64,000 nt of DNA from assembly GCF_964355755.1 (NCBI RefSeq), contig NC_092672.1:35036437-35100436 (forward strand), in the 5' to 3' direction. The DNA is from Antedon mediterranea. Lineage: Eukaryota > Animalia > Echinodermata. A program made the translations under genes and the position numbers. The notes beneath the pieces are model-generated. The model was not told the DNA's origin, did not search any database, and saw nothing but the letters and a program-made list of their open reading frames with translations. Positions 24,856 to 37,275 of the stretch are shown in pieces. Every line of letters starts with the position of its first letter. Position 1 is the first letter of the stretch.

Positions 24856-27100
24856 ATGTTGGCCGATATGATGATGGATGATGTTGACGATGGAAGACAA
24901 ATGCAGTCTTCTTCTCTTATTTTTGATGACTTGCCGACAAAAAGCCCAGAATCTATAAATGCAATATCTCCTACATCCATGTCATCAGTCGATAATGATA
25001 GATTGACGGAGAATCCATTCTATCTTATGAAGAAATTACCAGGTAGTTTTCCCTTTTGAGCTAGGCCAGTCGTCATTGACAAGATAGTGTAACTGCTATT
25101 TGTGTTCGCGGTCTAAATTGATTTATTCCCTGTGTCATTTGAACTTCCCATACACACTTTTTGGTCTAGGCCTAATATATAGTCTTAAATAGAAATTACC
25201 GAAACTAATGTTTTTAACAGTACTAGCCTTTGATAATTAGTACTTTATCTAGTTTTAATGCTTTTTTTTTTATAGAGAAGGCTGAGGTTACTGGCGAGAC
25301 AAACCTTATCAACCACTACGCGCTTGACCGAACGTATCAGAAGTTTTCGAGTAAGAAAGTAAAAGAACAACTTAGCACTTTTCTACCATTGATACCTGGT
25401 AAGCTGAAGGTGTTGTAATGCATTTGATTATATATTCTTCTTTCTGATGACAACTACTGTTATGTGTTTGATTCTTTTCAGAATTATTTATATGAATATG
25501 ATTTAATACCCTACATATTTTTTCTTTATTGTGATTGTTGAGTTATATATTTTTAAGACTGTTGCATGATACATAACCATAACATGTATTTTGTATTGCA
25601 CTTGCAATATACTTGCACTGATGAAGAGCTAGTGTTGCCCGAAAGCTCTGCAAATTTGTCTGGTTGTTTTACTTTTATAAGGTTTATTGCAAATAGCGTG
25701 CGCGACACATGGTGGAAAGGATTTGGGAGCAAACGTCATGACACGCGTACATACAACAACAAATCTTATTTTATTTTGTATCTCCATTAAGATCCAGCCA
25801 CTGATACCCATGTCATTTTTTAGTAATTTGCCTTTGGATTTATATTTTGTTTATTTTAAGTATTTGAATGTTTTTTAGGAAATATTGATACGGTTGGTTC
25901 TCAAGACAACAGTAGCCTCCAACTGTTGGTTGACAAACCTCCAATTGGAGGCAAGGAAATTCTTCAACTAAGTGGTAGTGCATTAGCAAGTTTCAAGCTA
26001 CATCCAGGATCGGTATGACATGTTTCTATTACTTCAGTTTACTTTACTCAGTCTTACTAACATAAACGCTGTCTACACTGTCAAGCTAGTTTGACAAAAA
26101 AAATAGAGCTGATTAATTATGAACGATATTAATTCAAATATTCAACATTTGTACAAAAAATATAAATAATAAATAAATTGTGAAAATGGTCTGGTTCAAA
26201 CCACCTCTGTCTACTGTACACTATCAAACTTGTTTGACAAAAAAAGTGTGACATGCCCAAATAAGGTAGTGATATGCCCAAATATGGTAATGATATACCC
26301 ATATTGTAGTGATATGACATCATCATGTCCATATACATATAGGCACATCACATTTGTTGTCACATAATCTGTTGAAAATGAAATGAATTTGCTTTTGTTA
26401 TTAGATACCAGATCAATACAAGTTATTACATCACCAAGCTCCAAAAAAACACAAGCATAGAAGACACAAAAGAGAACATCAGCCCCTGGAAGCAGGACAG
26501 GGATTTACTCAAGGTAATGCACAACCCCCGGGAGAGGTTCATACGCATCAAACAGCGAGTACAAACTCGCCAATTACAGGATGGATAAACTATTTTATAA
26601 TTTATCATGCTTATAAACTAAGTATAATTTGAGGCTTAGGGAGTGGAGTTGAAAGTGTAATGAGTTACAACTCTGGCACTACGTCAGGATTGAACCCTAA
26701 ACCTTTGAAGACGCAGGATTTTGATAATCAAATATTTATGTTTTAACCATTTGAATCGTAGGTGGTGAGGCACAAAGTGATGAACCAAAGAAAAAGAAAG
26801 TGAAGAAACACGAAGATCCAGACAGAAAGAAAAAGAAGAAAGATAAAAAGAAAAAAAAGGTAAGAACAATGTTAGGTAAATCATCTTTCTTACAAAAATT
26901 AAAATTATGCATACATTTCAGACATGACACAAGTGGGAAATTGCATTTTTATTTTTTAATTATTATTTTAAATTATGTATACACAGTTCAAACATGACGC
27001 AAGTAAAATTGCATTTTTATTTTTTTAGAATAAACACAGTCCAGACCACACTGGTGGTGTAGCACCTCCACATGAAGCTGTAGGACCTGGACGGCCATGA
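24856..27100 (+). CDS. MED19: Mediator of RNA polymerase II transcription subunit 19, 6 exons
   Basis: Exons 24856-25042, 25276-25398, 25879-26012, 26405-26513, 26762-26859, 27029-27100 join in frame: PFYLMKKLP-EKAEVTGETNLINHYAL...KKVKEQLSTFLPLIPG-NID...DNSSLQLLVDKPPIGGKE...FKLHPGS-IPDQYKL, then a Lys-rich tail and HSPDH. Confidence 0.95.
25613..25653 (+). ncRNA. Minimal type I hammerhead ribozyme motif
   Basis: TTGCA-CTGATGA-A-GAGC-TAGTGTT-GCCC-GAAA-GC-TC^TGCAA: stem I TTGCA/TGCAA, core CUGAUGA and GAAA, stem II with one A-C mismatch, palindromic AGCU stem III, predicted cleavage after 25648. Confidence 0.72.
25613..25842 (+). mobile_element. Same retroelement family, short copy with complete hammerhead motif in MED19 intron 2
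   Basis: Hammerhead at 25613-25653, about 100 bp of unrelated sequence, one partial 48-bp unit (25778-25815) and the shared 3' end AGTAATTTGCCTTTGGATT. Confidence 0.75.
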
Positions 27101-28334
27101 CACTGCATCTAAAGTAATAATTACTTTTGTTAAGCTCTGTCTACACTTTATGTGACAAAAAAATGTGATGTGGCCATATGATGACATCATATCACTACCA
27201 TATTTAGGCATATCACACTTTTTTTTTATCAAACTAGTTTGATAGTTTAAACAGAGCTTTAGAGGTTAAAGCTCGGTCTACACCTATACTTGGTTGACAA
27301 AAAAGTGTGAGGTGTCCAAATATGGTAGTGATAAGCCTAAATATGGTAGTGATATGACATCATCATGATTTAATCATCATCAAGTTTGATAGTGTAGACA
27401 GAGCTTTATGGCATTTTGGAGCACACTCACTGCAACTGTATAACAAATTTTATAAAATGATGTGTACAGTACTAAAACAGTTGTACTGCCCTCTATATAC
27501 ACAATGGCATAAACAGGGTATCATTTACCATTCTGCAGATGTGGATTGGTTTTTACTTTAAAGATGTATTGTCCCCCAAAAAACATGAATAGGTTATTTT
27601 GTAGTTTTAATAAAGTTAATCCCTTCCATAAAAAAAGTAATGATTTCTCATATAAAATGACAAAATTCAACCAAAACCTGACAAAAAAAAAAAAAAAATT
27701 CAACAAATTATTTTTTCATGGGGACAATACATCTTTAACCAGACTAAAGTTGACCCATACAAATTAGCAGTCATTTGAATAGTAGAACGTGATTTGCATA
27801 GCCATATCATAACAATTGTTTGACTATATGAAATATTTTAAACAGCTGTATATTTTAAATTTATATTTTATTTCAAATTCATGTATAAATTATTCAAATT
27901 ATCCATGTGACAAGTTGTCTTGGATATTATTTACTAGTTTTTGTCTTTTTAACATATAGATAATAAATTATACCAAACTATATCATACGTTGATCCTGAT
28001 TTTACTGGAAAAAAATTAGTATCACTTTAAGTACAGTAATATAAAATCACTAAAAAATGAAATAATACAGTGAGAAAGTGGCACAGTGGATAGGGTTCCC
28101 GTCTCTGAACTGAAGTTCAAATCCCAAGTATTCCAAAAGATCATCATATTCATGAATTTCTATAGTATATCAAGCATTATTATTTCGTTAGCTCGGCCAA
28201 TTTGTTGGATTTTCATTCTTTTTTGTGTAATATTTTGTATATATTTCTTGAAATAAATCAAATATGACTATTAATATTGCTTTTTATTTTCATCCCCTTA
28301 CAAATATGTTGTCAACATCATGATCACAATATAT

Positions 28335-28912
28335 ATCCTACACACAATTATTAACACAAAGCAATTTGTGTGTAATTCAGGATCCCTACACACAATTATT
28401 AATATAAAGCAATTTGTGTGTAATTCAGGATCCCTACACACAATTATTTATATAAAGCAATTTGTGTGTAATTCAGGATCCCTACACACAATTATTAATA
28501 TAAAGCAATTTGTGTTTAATTCAGGATCCCTACACACAATTATTAATATAAAGCAATTTGTGTGTAATTCAGGATCCCTACACACAATTATTAATATAAA
28601 GCAATTTGTGTGTAATTCAGGATCCCTACACACAATTATTAATATAAAGCAATTTGTGTGTAATTCAGGATCCCTACACACAATTATTAATATAAAGCAA
28701 TTTGTGTGTAATTCAGGATCCCTACACACAATTATTAATATAAAGCAATTTGTGTGTAATTCAGGATCCCTACACACAATTATTAATATAAAGCAATTTG
28801 TGTGTAATTCAGGATCCCTACACACAATTATTAATATAAAGCAATTTGTGTGTAATTCAGGATCCCTACACACAATTATTAATATAAAGCAATTTGTGTG
28901 TAATTCAGGATC
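28335..28912. repeat. Tandem array, 48-bp unit, about 12 copies
   Basis: Unit GGATCCCTACACACAATTATTAATATAAAGCAATTTGTGTGTAATTCA, almost invariant. Confidence 0.95.
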
Positions 28913-29351
28913 AATTTGATAGACAGTAAACTATGAAATATTGATACAGCTAATATAGCAGATATAACTTGCACGCACGATCAACCGTGCCTACAGCGTC
29001 AGATTCCCAGTGCTACTGTATCTCCACATACTATCACATATATATCACATGTGGTGCCTGTATCATGTAAGGTTACTGCTAGATACATGTGAAACACATG
29101 TTGTATTACCAAATATTCCTATGATACTTCGGAAATAGATAGTAAATAGATACAGTACTGGGAATCGGCTGCCTACAGAAAACGTTTACATACATGAACG
29201 GTTTTGACCATGCTGATTAAATCATCTTCCTACATTGGAATAAGCATTGGTTAAGGGGAATCCTGGTTAAGTACTAGAAAAGTTACATAAATATAACACT
29301 ATCTGTTTTCCCCCCCCCCCAAGATGTCCAATTATACCCATTTGATAGACA

Positions 29352-32300
29352 TTATGTAACCGAAACTTTATCATAAGGCATAAAGCCAGAGTTTCCTAGC
29401 ATCCGAACGGAAACTCTACCGCTAGGACGAACGCAGACCCATGTGATACTGCCGTGGTTTAAACTAAATCGTAACCAAGCTTCTGGAGGGAGTTGTAGAG
29501 CTCTGAAATGAAGAAAAAAAAATTGGTTAAACAGTTTTAAAAATAAGGTAAAATAATGTGTCCAGACTCTAAACTGCACATCACATGACAAAGGCGACAA
29601 ACACAAATAGTGTGAGCAATGCATGATGGGATGGAATTGGGAGCAATAGCGCCACCACCAGTCTATATAAATTTTTAATTATACTGGTGGCAGTATTGCT
29701 CCAAATTCCTTCCCATCATGCATCGCTCATGCTATTTGTGTTTGTGTTTGTCGCCAAACAATGTACTATATCTACCTGCATACAAAGTAACGTATAACAT
29801 TCGCATGGCATACTAAAAGCTCTACACTATCATTCATCTGTTCAGGACTTGCTCGATGAAAATACTTGCAAAATGCAGCCTCAATCCGAGCACCATCTTG
29901 GAAGAACTGCTGAAAAATAAAAGACAACATTTCCAAAAAACAAAGGTTCTGGTTATCAGACGCTTTGAGCATCAGGCCCAGACAATCGTTGCCATAAAAA
30001 AAAAACTTTAATCGCTAAACAATCAATCTCCTAAATAATCAAATTAATCACAAAATAAACTAAACTTAATAATCTCTTCCAATCAGCAAAATCACCTGTA
30101 AATAATCTAGAATCAAAGAAGAATATGTTCTTGTCAAGAGGGGCCAGAAGCATTAAATGAGAATTAAATAAAATCCAGGCAGACTTTAAAAACACAGATC
30201 AACAAATCCTTGAACATTTATCATTTTTAAATCAAATATGTCATTATTAAATGAAGTTAAAAGGAGTGAAAACCAACCGATGCTTCAGGTCTCCAGTGTC
30301 CTGCAGGGGGTTCAGGGGGAATTGGCGCCCCTTCTCGTAGAAAGTCACATGATTTACGAGGCAAATCAGGAAAATGCTTAGCAATTATATCAGCTGTTTC
30401 GATTGCTCTGGTCATTGTGGAATTGTGAATAAGGCTAATGTCCAGTTTCATGTCTTTCAAACGAAGACCCGTCAGATGTGCTTGTTCACGACCTGAAAGT
30501 AATCAAAAGTTCTCTAAATTTAAAAAAAGTAAAAATTAAATAAATAAAAATTGATGTATATATGTACTTACACTATAAAGTACTGTACATATATACATCA
30601 ATTTATATATAAACCCAAAGGCAAAATATTGAAAAAATGACAATGCTGTGGGTATCAGTGGCTGGATCTCAATGGAGATACAAAATGACAATGCTGTGGG
30701 TATCAGTGGCTGGATCTCAATGGAGATACAAAATGACAATGCTGTGGGTATCAGTGGCTGGATCTCAATGGAGATACCAAATGACAATGCTGTGGGTATC
30801 AGTGGCTGGATCTCAATGGAGATACAAAATGACAATGCTGTGGGTATCAGTGGCTGGATCTCAATGGAGATACAAAATGACAATGCTGTGGGTATCAGTG
30901 GCTGGATCTCAATGGAGATACAAAATGACAATGCTGTGGGTATCAGTGGCTGGATCTCAATGGAGATACAAAATGACAATGCTGTGGGTATCAGTGGCTG
31001 GATCTCAATGGAGATACAAAATGACAATGCTGTGGGTATCAGTGGCTGGATCTCAATGGAGATACAAAATGACAAAGCTGTGGGTATCAGTGGCTGGATC
31101 TCAATGGAGATACAAAATGACAATGCTGTGGGTATCAGTGGCTGGATCTCAATGGAGATACAAAATGACAATGCTGTGGGTATCAGTGGCTGGATCTCAA
31201 TGGAGATACAAAATGACAATGCTGTGGGTATCAGTGGCTGGATCTCAATGGAGATACAAAAATGACAATGCTGTGGGTATCAGTGGCTGGATCTCAATGG
31301 AGATACAAAAATGACAATGCTGTGGGTATCAGTGGCTGGATCTCAATGGAGATACAAAATGACAATGCTGTGGGTATCAGTGGCTGGATCTCAATGGAGA
31401 TACAAAATGACAATGCTGTGGGTATCAGTGGCTGGATCTCAATGGAGATACAAAAATGACAATGCTGTGGGTATCAGTGGCTGGATCTCAATGGAGATAC
31501 AAAATGACAATGCTGTGGGTATCAGTGGCTGGATCTCAATGGAGATACAAAATGACAATGCTGTGGGTATCAGTGGCTGGATCTCAATGGAGATACAAAA
31601 TGACAATGCTGTGGGTATCAGTGGCTGGATCTCAATGGAGATACAAAATGACAATGCTGTGGGTATCAGTGGCTGGATCTCAATGGAGATACAAAATGAC
31701 AATGCTGTGGGTATCAGTGGCTGGATCTCAATGGAGATACAAAATGACAATGCTGTGGGTATCAGTGGCTGGATCTCAATGGAGATACAAAATGACAATG
31801 CTGTGGGTATCAGTGGCTGGATCTCAATGGAGATACAAAGAAAAAAGCGAAAAGCTAAATCTAAACGATAAATTAAAACAGCCAGAAAAGTTAGCAATTT
31901 ATCAATTTATATATATACACTATAAATAAAGTAGCTAAGCTAATTTTTTATTTTCTTAAAAATAAAAAATGTTAATATTACTAAAAGATACCTAGAAGAG
32001 TCAACGTCCTATCTTTGTCATCTTCGCGACCTATATTGTATTGTCCATGACGAATTAGGATCAAATGGCGTGTGGCTGTTGGCTTCGCTTCTGCTAGCTT
32101 CTGATTATATATTTCATTGTCGGTTTCTTTCTTTGGTGGTTTTACTGAACTTTTTGGATCCCTTCTAAAAAATAAAACAAACAAAAGAGAACATTATTAA
32201 ATAAATTATTTAAATAATATAGGCCTAGGCCTATTTATTTTATATAAATTCTAATTAGCTATAAATTATTTATTATTAATATTCATAATATAGGTAGTGA

Positions 32301-32565
32301 ATACATTTAAAACACTGGATTAAAAAAAATGATTAAATCAAATTAATATTTAAGCTAGGCATAGGATTTACTCCAAAAAGACGCACTTGTCCCAGTTATT
32401 GTCCCACTTCACACTTGGCTCGAAGTTCGTGGTCCACGATGCGTTGGCTTGAGGAAGAAACCTTCTAAAATATTTATTTTCATCATTTGTCACACCGTGG
32501 AAATACACAGCACCAGCGATTCCAGCCGATATACCACATACAACTTTTAATGACCTAGAAAACAT
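29352..32565 (-). CDS. PGAM5: Mitochondrial serine/threonine-protein phosphatase PGAM5, 5 exons
   Basis: Exons 32565-32387, 32164-31992, 30492-30278, 29909-29776, 29502-29352 in frame. WDNNWD multimerisation motif, catalytic [62 protein letters not shown]. Confidence 0.96.
29593..29755. repeat. Imperfect palindrome of about 160 bp (hairpin MITE) in PGAM5 intron 4
   Basis: GGCGACAAACACAAATAG...GCATGATGGGA...GGAGCAATA pairs with TATTGCTCC...TCCCATCATGC...CTATTTGTGTTTG...TCGCC. Confidence 0.7.
29975..30210. repeat. Dispersed repeat of about 240 bp, second copy at about 63520-63785
   Basis: Shared AATCTCTTCCAATCAGCAAAAT...TCTAGAATCAAAGAAGAATATGTTCT...AGAAGCATTAAATG. Confidence 0.7.
30612..31896 (-). 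mobile_element. Same retroelement family, about 25 x 48-bp units, 5' end at the predicted ribozyme cleavage site
   Basis: Array 30637-31837; linker homology stops at 31896 (minus strand begins TGCTAACTTTTCTGGCTG); 15-bp direct repeat ATCAATTTATATATA at 30597-30611 and 31901-31915. Confidence 0.85.
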
Positions 32566-33313
32566 GTTTAAATGCAGTTTTTTTAAAGAAAGTTTCGATC
32601 AAGTTCGTTTACAAGGAGGCAGCCATTTTATATATTTCAGGCATGTCCAAAGAAATGTTATTTTGAAATATTAAATGTATAATTTTTAATAAATCTAGAT
32701 CACATAAAGTATTTAAATAAAATTACTGCTTAAAAATAGATTATTTTATTGTTGGAGATATTGTGTATAGTATTAATATGATGACTTAAAACTTTGAATT
32801 TTGAACTAGTAGCCGCCTCCTATCTGTTTTCTGCTAAATAAAAACCAAAATAAAGTTTCAACACGTGAAAGATATTTCGGGGAACAACGTATCTGTATTT
32901 TTCGACGGACTCCTTTTTCGACAAGGTGCCGTAATTGCACAGTATTTACAAAATACACTTACGGAGAATAGTGTAAATTAATAATTTACATCAAATAAAT
33001 ATAAGGCTGGCTAGCTAGGCAGAAACATAGTTGTTTAGGACACACACGTCACGGTTGTTGCATAATAATGTTAGTGTGTCGTAAAATGAATATATGCATA
33101 GGCGGCCTAGGTTAAAAATTATTATTATGAAAAGTGTTTTGTGTGTATAACTAGGCGTAGTGTATTCTACCTGAGTTGTAGTTATCGTATGAAATTAATA
33201 AATAGGGTTTGGCTGTAGCAGGTATATAAACTAATATATAGTAATATGTATTCTAAGCAAATATAATAAATTACACTTTTACTTACAGAAGAAGAAATTG
33301 ACAACTGTTTGCC
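32566..33313. promoter_or_regulatory. Divergent promoter and 5' UTR region shared by PGAM5 and HGH1
   Basis: Head-to-head start codons 748 bp apart; YY1-like GCCATTTT at about 32622; probable HGH1 5' UTR intron acceptor TTACAG ending at 33288. Confidence 0.5.
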
Positions 33314-35170
33314 ATGGAGACTGAGGAAATATTCCAATTTCTATCTCCATCTGCGAGAATTGATGTGAAGGCATTTGCTTTGGATTACGTCCTTGGTTTA
33401 ACCAGCACAACAGAGGGAAAGGCGCTATTGTCATCTGATAAACGATATATCGAATCAATATTCAGTTTAACAAAGGACTCCACATCATCGATTGTCAAAG
33501 ATTCCTACATAGCGCTCATAGGCTTATCAGCAGATGATGCGTTTGCAAATACGATGATTACGGACTATTGTATCGTTCCTTCGCTTCTGGAGTATATCGT
33601 TAATGAAGAAAGTGATCATGTTGATACAGTCTGCATGTTACTTGCAAATTTAAGTCGCAATTCATTTTGCTGTCGGAAATTAATTGAGCTTATAGACTCG
33701 GAAGAGTGCTCTGTTAAACTATCGAAAATTGTTGAAGTTTTCTGTCAGAAAAAATTTAACAAGAAGGAGAATAATTTAGACCATCTTGGGCTGTTTTTGT
33801 CGAACATTACTCAGCTGAGAGAGGGACGAGTGTTTGTGTTGGATAGGACACAGTGCGTAGTTCAACGTCTGTTACCGTATACTGAGTATGACGCATCAGA
33901 AATGAGAAAAGGTGGTGTAATTGGAGCCTTGCGGAATTGTTGTTTTGAAACTGGTGCGTAGTATTGTTGTAGGACATTGGTCAGATCAAGAAAATTTAAC
34001 AAGCTGAGCTCCGGAGGGTTTATGTGTGACTGCGACACAATCAGTTCCACACCCCTTAACAGAAACTGCACGCCATGGATAATATGTACATAGTACAGTA
34101 CTGTTGGTATTTGTCGCAGCCAGACATAAGATCAAAGGACTGTTACGAGTTCCTATTTTGGCAAGGCGAGCTCAGTGTCCAGTTGTTAGATTGCATTGGT
34201 CAGATGTATGAATGACTTGGGTCAAATCTGAATCAGAGAGATGACCATGATAGCAGTCACAATGCCCAAGAATCTTTGTACCTATGTAGATGATAATTAA
34301 CTTTTAAAATATGGTTTCATTATTTGTAGATAATTTATTTTTGTTTACAGATGACCATGAGTGGCTGTTGAGTGATAAAGTCGAAATCCTTCCTCATCTC
34401 CTCCTGCCATTGGCTGGACCAGAAGAGCTGACCGAGGAAGACATGGAGGGTATGCCAGATGATCTTCAGTACCTCGGCGACGATAAAAAAAGAGAACCCA
34501 ATCCAAATATCAGAAAGATGTTAATAGAATCAATATGCCAGGTATAATGTAATTTGTAGATTGATTTTTTTCCCAACTTTTATTACCAAAGAAAAAGAGT
34601 GTTTTGGCATAATGGTATCATACTAGCATATGAGAGTGCCACATTGCTTATATCCATAAGCTCTGTCTACACTATCAAACTAGTTTGACAAAAAAAGTAT
34701 GATGTGCCCAAGCCCAAATATGTTAGTGATATGCCCAAATATGTTAGTGATATGACATCATCATGTCCTTATATGGCCACATCACATAAAATTTGATAGT
34801 GTGGACAGGGCTTCATTTTTAGGATTTGAACACAAAGATGTTGGTCCTGTGCCCGATAAAAAACAATTTGGTATAAAAATACAGTATTTTAATAATTGTT
34901 AAAAACATTTTTTTTCCACAGCTATGTTCTACAAAAGAAGGAAGAAAGATTGTGAAAGACAAAAGAACATATGTAATAATAAGAGAGCTGCATAAAACAG
35001 AGAATGACAAGGAGGTGTGTGTTGCAATTGAACATTTGATACAGTTATTGATTGGAGATGAGCCAGAGAAAGGCATGGAAAACCTAAAGACGGTTGAAAT
35101 ACCGCCAGAAGTTGATGACAAGCTTAATAAAATTATGCTGCAACATGACAAATTAGAACATAACAAATAA
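33314..35170 (+). CDS. HGH1: Protein HGH1 homolog (FAM203, eEF2 chaperone), 3 exons
   Basis: Exons 33314-33953, 34351-34541, 34922-35170 in frame. Motifs CMLLANLSR, SNITQLREGR, RKGGVIGALRNCCFE, ILPHLLLPLAGPEEL..EDMEGMPDDLQYL..DKKRE, YVIIRELHK, LIQLLIGDEPE. Confidence 0.95.
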
Positions 35171-35454
35171 CAACTTATAAAATTATTGTTTTTAAAATTA
35201 AAACCACCCGCCGTTGATATACTCAAACTTTTTTTAAGAATTAAGCTCTGTATACACTACCAAACTAGTTTGACAACACAAAGTTTGATGTACTTTGCCC
35301 ATATATGGACACGATGACATCATAGCACTACTATATTTGGGTACATCACCCTTTGTTTGCCAAACTAGTTTGATAATGTAGACAGAGCTTATGGATATAA
35401 GCCACTTCCAACTAGAAATATTTCTAGGTTTTGTTACGATTCAAGGCCGTTAGT

Positions 35455-35766
35455 GAGTGAGTGGCCGAGCGGTTAAGACAGTGGAACCGTAATCACGTAG
35501 CCATAACATCGGCAGGGGTTCGAGGCTCACTCACTCCATGGTTCTGGTGGTAGAACGAGTCTTCTCGGATAAGGACTATAAACCGTAGGTCCAGTGTACA
35601 CAACTTGCTCGTGTGCACTTTAAAGAACCTAGTACATCTTTCGAGACGAGTAGGGGGTTACCCCGGTGTAGTAGTACATCACAGCCACTGATCACCAACT
35701 AGGCCCTCTGGGAGATCAGTCTTTGACTGAAGAGGTCACCCAGTATAAAGATAAAACAAACAAACT
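35455..35766 (+). mobile_element. tRNA-derived SINE with Deu/Nin-like central domain
   Basis: A box TGGCCGAGCGG, B box GGTTCGAGGC, then GGATAAGGACTATAAACCGTAGGTCC...TAAAGAACCTAGTACATCTTTCGAGACGAGTAGGGGGTTACCCCGGTG and an A-rich AAAC tail. Relatives at 52922-53122, 50936-51030 and 8640-8842 (-). Confidence 0.8.
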
Positions 35767-36809
35767 TAGCCAGCAAGAGGCAAAAAACGTTGTCATCGCT
35801 CATTTATACAGTACTGTACTGTTTTAATAATTATATTAAAAACATCTTTGCCTCGTCTGCTTTTAATCTTCTCTCGCTACGGCCCTGTAATTACTTTTAA
35901 AGTAAAGAGAGACATTCTGGTGAAAAACGGTAAACAAATTGAAAAAAACCAATCAAGACCAAAACTAAACGAAACTGTTATTAATGTTGACTGTTAATTT
36001 TAATCAAGCGAAAAATGTTATTAATTACTATAAAAAATTATGTATATAAATGATGTTATAATAGGAAATTATAACAGGTGAAGGTACTATGGTATTTGCA
36101 TATCTCACTTAATTGAAAAATATTTATAATTATAATAATACAATCATTTTCAGTTTTTTGCTAAAGCAAATTCATAATTAAAATGACATTCAAATACAAA
36201 TACTTCTCTATTAAATTCTGTCTACACTATCAAACTTTATGCGACAACAAAAATGTGACATGCCCATATATGGACATGATGATGTCATACCACTACCATA
36301 TTTGTACATATAACTACCATGTTTGGCCACACCACACTAGTTTGATATAATAGTGCAGACAGAGCTTTATATTGTTTTAAGTTTGATTTTAATAAATAAC
36401 ATATTCACACATCATCTATATTTTGTATTGCATTATTACTTTACCTTGATTTACCTTGACCTTTAGACTATAAACCTGTTAAGGTTTGTGAGTCCCTCTT
36501 TGAACATCTTGGTTATATGGCTCAAACTTTAGGTTGTGGGTTTTCCAGTGTGTTTCAAGATGGGTTTTAAAATTATTTATAGAGGATGCATTTACTATAT
36601 GATATGGCAAACTATTCCAATCATTTACTGCAGATATTGAAAAGAATTTCTGTCTGTGTTTCGATTTACTATGAACTTTTTTAATTTAAAAATATATATA
36701 TATTCTTCTTTTCGATTGTGTTAGCCTATTTTAATAAACAGCCAGTATTCCATGACGCAAGCCATTCTCCTTGGTTTGGTTTCTACTTGCATTACAAAGA
36801 ATTGATATA

Positions 36810-37275
36810 CTGTAAAACCTCGAAAAGAAGCCCATGGGCTTCTTCTTTTTTTAGTGCTCTTGGATGGGCTTCTTTTCGAGATGGGCTTCTTTTCGAGAGT
36901 ACTTTTGCAAACTGTAGAGGGGGGCTTCTTTTCGAAATGAATGCTGTAAATTTTGTCAATTTCTACTACAATAATGTTACTTTTGAGACATTTTTTCAAC
37001 CATGAAATTATGTTTAATATACCAATTAAAAAACAATATAAAAAGCAAAAAAAACAGTCCTATGATTCACCATCAAATACAATAATTTCGTCATCATCTC
37101 TCAATACAGTATGAGTAGTCTGTCTCGAAATGAAGCCCATACTATCCGATATATATAATATTTCAAGATGGGATTCTTTTCGAGAGTACTTTTGCAAACT
37201 GTAGAGGGGGCTTCTTTTCGAGATGGGCTTCTTTTCGAGTATTAAGCCCATGGGCTTCTTTTCGAGGTTTTACGG
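36810..37275. mobile_element. Tc1/mariner-type MITE
   Basis: TA|CTGTAAAACCTCGAAAAGAAGCCCATGGGC ... GCCCATGGGCTTCTTTTCGAGGTTTTACGG|TA with internal GGGCTTCTTTTCGAGA repeats. Confidence 0.8.

Noticed and set aside
24545-25460. Other CTGATGA matches (24545, 25444, and 38297) as hammerhead cores
   Set aside because: No stem II followed by GAAA and no stem I complement.
28320-28919. 199-aa and 141-aa repetitive ORFs
   Set aside because: Translation of the second 48-bp tandem array.
30637-31837. CRISPR-like appearance of the regular arrays (also 28335-28912 and 39850-41235)
   Set aside because: Units are directly adjacent with no unique spacers, there are no cas genes, and the context is eukaryotic.
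30536-31929. Long repetitive ORFs ([48 protein letters not shown]), also at 39927-41338
   Set aside because: They arise because a 48-bp unit lacks stops in several frames; they lie inside introns and are broken by 49-bp units. No evidence of coding.
35455-35545. tRNA gene candidates (also 50300-50366, 690-740, 28075-28125)
   Set aside because: A and B boxes are present but there is no clean cloverleaf, and the better cases continue into repeated SINE bodies.
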